Both the position numbers and the translations under genes were made by a program. Below are positions 62,081 to 64,000 of a DNA stretch of 64,000 nt, piece by piece (position 1 is the stretch's first letter; every line of letters starts with the position of its first letter). Origin of the DNA: Patescibacteria group bacterium (GTDB lineage Bacteria > Patescibacteriota > Minisyncoccia > Phycocordibacterales > SIBU01). Below the pieces are notes generated by a model. That model made no database searches, was not told where the DNA came from, and worked only from the letters and a program-made list of their open reading frames with translations. The stretch is from assembly GCA_040390045.1 (NCBI GenBank), contig JAZJZC010000001.1, positions 172,005 through 236,004 of the forward strand, in the 5' to 3' direction.

Positions 62081-62869
62081 CTAATCAAGCTTTAGCAACC
62101 TACCCGTCCGCTTCACCTGTGCAAACATTGTAGCAAAAAACCAAACGACCAGCACGGCGTAAAAAAGAGTACTCCCGAAACCGAAGGCCAAATCCCGAAG
62201 TGGCAAAGTTCCGAGGGCAATCACATGTCGCATACCCTCAAAAACGTACGTCGAAGGAATCATATACGCGAGTGGTTGTAAAAATTTCGGAAGCGCTGAA
62301 ACCGGATAAAACACGGCACTGAAAGGTTGAATAAGAACAATAAAACCCCACGCAAATATCTGCGCTGACGTGCCAAAACGCAAAATGACAGCCGTGCTGA
62401 AAAGACCCAACGTCCAACCAAACAGAAGCAAGATTGCCACAAATGGAATCAAGTACAACCCGAGCGTAAATAAGTTGAAACTGTAGAGGAAAAAGGCCAG
62501 CGGAATCATAACGAGCGCCGCGAGAATAATTCGTATCAATCCTACAAAAATAGTCGACGTGAGAAACTCAGAAACAGTCAGTGGCGTTACAAAAATATTT
62601 AAAAGATTTTTCTCCCAAACTTCTTCCAAGAATGCGATAGAAACGGCTTTTTGTGATTGATCGAGTAACACCCAAAAGACAATCGCTCCCAAAAGAACTG
62701 TCACAACATTTAAACCACCGAGCTGTAATTTATCAATGTAGACACTGAGAAATCCCCAAATTAAAATTTCCATCACCGGCCAATAGAAAATATCCATGAG
62801 CCGTGGCAAGCTTCTCTTGTAGAGATACAGATGGCGAATTAACAATGCATTGATGCGGTGTAACTTCAT
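62081..62869 (-). CDS. ABC-2 type permease
   Basis: 6 TM; NIFVTPL, FYPV..LP and VFEGMR motifs. Confidence 0.9.
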   Translation of the reverse strand: MKLHRINALLIRHLYLYKRSLPRLMDIFYWPVMEILIWGFLSVYIDKLQLGGLNVVTVLLGAIVFWVLLDQSQKAVSIAFLEEVWEKNLLNIFVTPLTVSEFLTSTIFVGLIRIILAALVMIPLAFFLYSFNLFTLGLYLIPFVAILLLFGWTLGLFSTAVILRFGTSAQIFAWGFIVLIQPFSAVFYPVSALPKFLQPLAYMIPSTYVFEGMRHVIALGTLPLRDLAFGFGSTLFYAVLVVWFFATMFAQVKRTGRLLKLD

Positions 62870-62876
62870 AAAAAGT

Positions 62877-62991
62877 AAATCCGAAATTCGAATATCGAAA
62901 TTCGAAAAATATTTAAATAATAATTTTTAAAATTTCAAACATTGCAATTTAAGAGTTCGTTTCGGATTTCGGGTTTAGTGCTTCGAATTTT
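62877..62991. repeat. Inverted pair of 7-mer tandem arrays (AAATCCG/AAATTCG) around an AT-rich spacer
   Basis: AAATCCGAAATTCGAATATCGAAATTCG ... TTTCGGATTTCGGGTTTAGTGCTTCGAATTT. Confidence 0.7.
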
Positions 62992-63722
62992 GAATCTTCA
63001 TTTCTCGCTATGTGTAAAAAAACATCATTCAGGTCGTTCTTACCGTATTTCTTAATCAGTTCAATTGGCGTTCCTTCATCCTTTATTTCCCCGTGATTAA
63101 TAAAAATGACTCGATCGCAAATTTCTTCAACCTCGGCCATATTATGCGTTGTATAAAGCATCGTCACCTTTCGTTCACTCCGAATTTTCAAAAGCATTTT
63201 TCGGGTACGATCAGCAATGTCGGGATCCAAGCTCGAGGTCGGTTCGTCGAGAAGCAAAAGTTTTGGATCATTTAAAAGCGCCTTCGTAAGATTAACCCTC
63301 GTCAATTGTCCAGTCGATAAATTAGAAGTCATCTTGCCTAAAAAATCTTTAATCTCGAAAAAACTGCTCAGTTCTGCAATTTTAGATTTAACATCAGAAA
63401 CGCCATACAACCGCGAGAAGGTTTTAAGATTTTCCATGACGGTCAAATTGCCCGGAAGAGCAACGTACGGTGACGAAAAATTCATCGCCCCTAAAATTTC
63501 TTCTCGATGGCTACTCATATGCTTGCCGAAAATTTTTATGTCACCGGAGGTTGGCGTAATAAGATCGAGAATCATTTGAATGGTCGTGGTCTTCCCTGCT
63601 CCGTTTGGGCCCAAAAGTCCACAAATTTCTCCTTCATACACATTGAAAGAAATTCCTTTTACCGCAGGAATTTTGTTAAACGTTTTAGCGAGATTTTTTA
63701 CTTCGATAACTGCGTTCGGCAT
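62949..63722 (-). CDS. ABC transporter ATP-binding protein
   Basis: GPNGAGKTT, LSTGQ, LLDEPT and TTH.M.E motifs. Confidence 0.93.
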   Translation of the reverse strand: MPNAVIEVKNLAKTFNKIPAVKGISFNVYEGEICGLLGPNGAGKTTTIQMILDLITPTSGDIKIFGKHMSSHREEILGAMNFSSPYVALPGNLTVMENLKTFSRLYGVSDVKSKIAELSSFFEIKDFLGKMTSNLSTGQLTRVNLTKALLNDPKLLLLDEPTSSLDPDIADRTRKMLLKIRSERKVTMLYTTHNMAEVEEICDRVIFINHGEIKDEGTPIELIKKYGKNDLNDVFLHIARNEDSKFEALNPKSETNS

Positions 63723-63801
63723 GCCAGATAGTATAGCAAAAATTTATCGCCGAATCAGCAGACAAATAAAAATCCCTCGAAAATGAGGGATTGGAACCTA
63801 G

Positions 63802-64000
63802 TTAATTCATCAAGGGGCGATTAATGTGACCGAGCTTGCGTCCGGGCCGTGCTGGCTTGCCGTAGATGTAGATTCTCGCTTTCGGATGAGGCAAAGATGC
63901 TTGGACCTGCTCGAGATTACCAATAACATTGACCATCTTGCCGCCCTGTCCTCGAACCGCAGTAGAACCGAAAGGTAATCCGCAAACCGCGCGGATGTGT
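63802..64000 (-). CDS. purK: N5-carboxyaminoimidazole ribonucleotide synthase, C-terminal part (5'-partial)
   Basis: Hand translation gives HIRAVCGLPFGST...MVNVIG...IYGKPARPGRKLGHIN; absent from the ORF track. Confidence 0.8.
   Translation of the reverse strand, partial: HIRAVCGLPFGSTAVRGQGGKMVNVIGNLEQVQASLPHPKARIYIYGKPARPGRKLGHINRPLMN

Overview
A 64-kb window from a small-genome bacterium. I infer it is most likely Patescibacteria/CPR (Parcubacteria-like), based on split transketolase, HTH-LAGLIDADG-like and PaaX/Cas2-like orphan genes, four-helix-bundle and GIY-YIG genes, and apparently leaderless genes. Housekeeping content includes engB/yihA, typA, dinB, dnaX, fba, a PfkB kinase, a gap-rpiB-rpe-tkt cluster, gatB, obgE, a partial purK and tRNA-Gln(TTG). 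There are also cell-envelope genes (class F sortase, L,D-transpeptidase, C39 peptidase, peptidoglycan-binding/FN3 proteins), two ECF sigma factors, a two-component system next to metal transporters, and several ABC transporters. Five signals stand out. (1) Shuffled copies of the tRNA-Gln 3' end bound co-oriented cassettes, which include DpnI-like and HEPN-like genes, with no integrase in the window. (2) Several small genes (GIY-YIG, four-helix bundle, PaaX/Cas2-like) are each framed by their own inverted or palindromic repeats, and some such repeats also occur without a gene. (3) A ~120-125 bp structured repeat with compensatory substitutions sits in the leaders of typA and dnaX and at an ABC gene stop codon. 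(4) A hairpin insertion disrupts a HAD gene. (5) A shared GTAAT-N16-CGKC ECF-type promoter motif suggests a regulon. Family calls come from motif recognition by eye; no searches were run.
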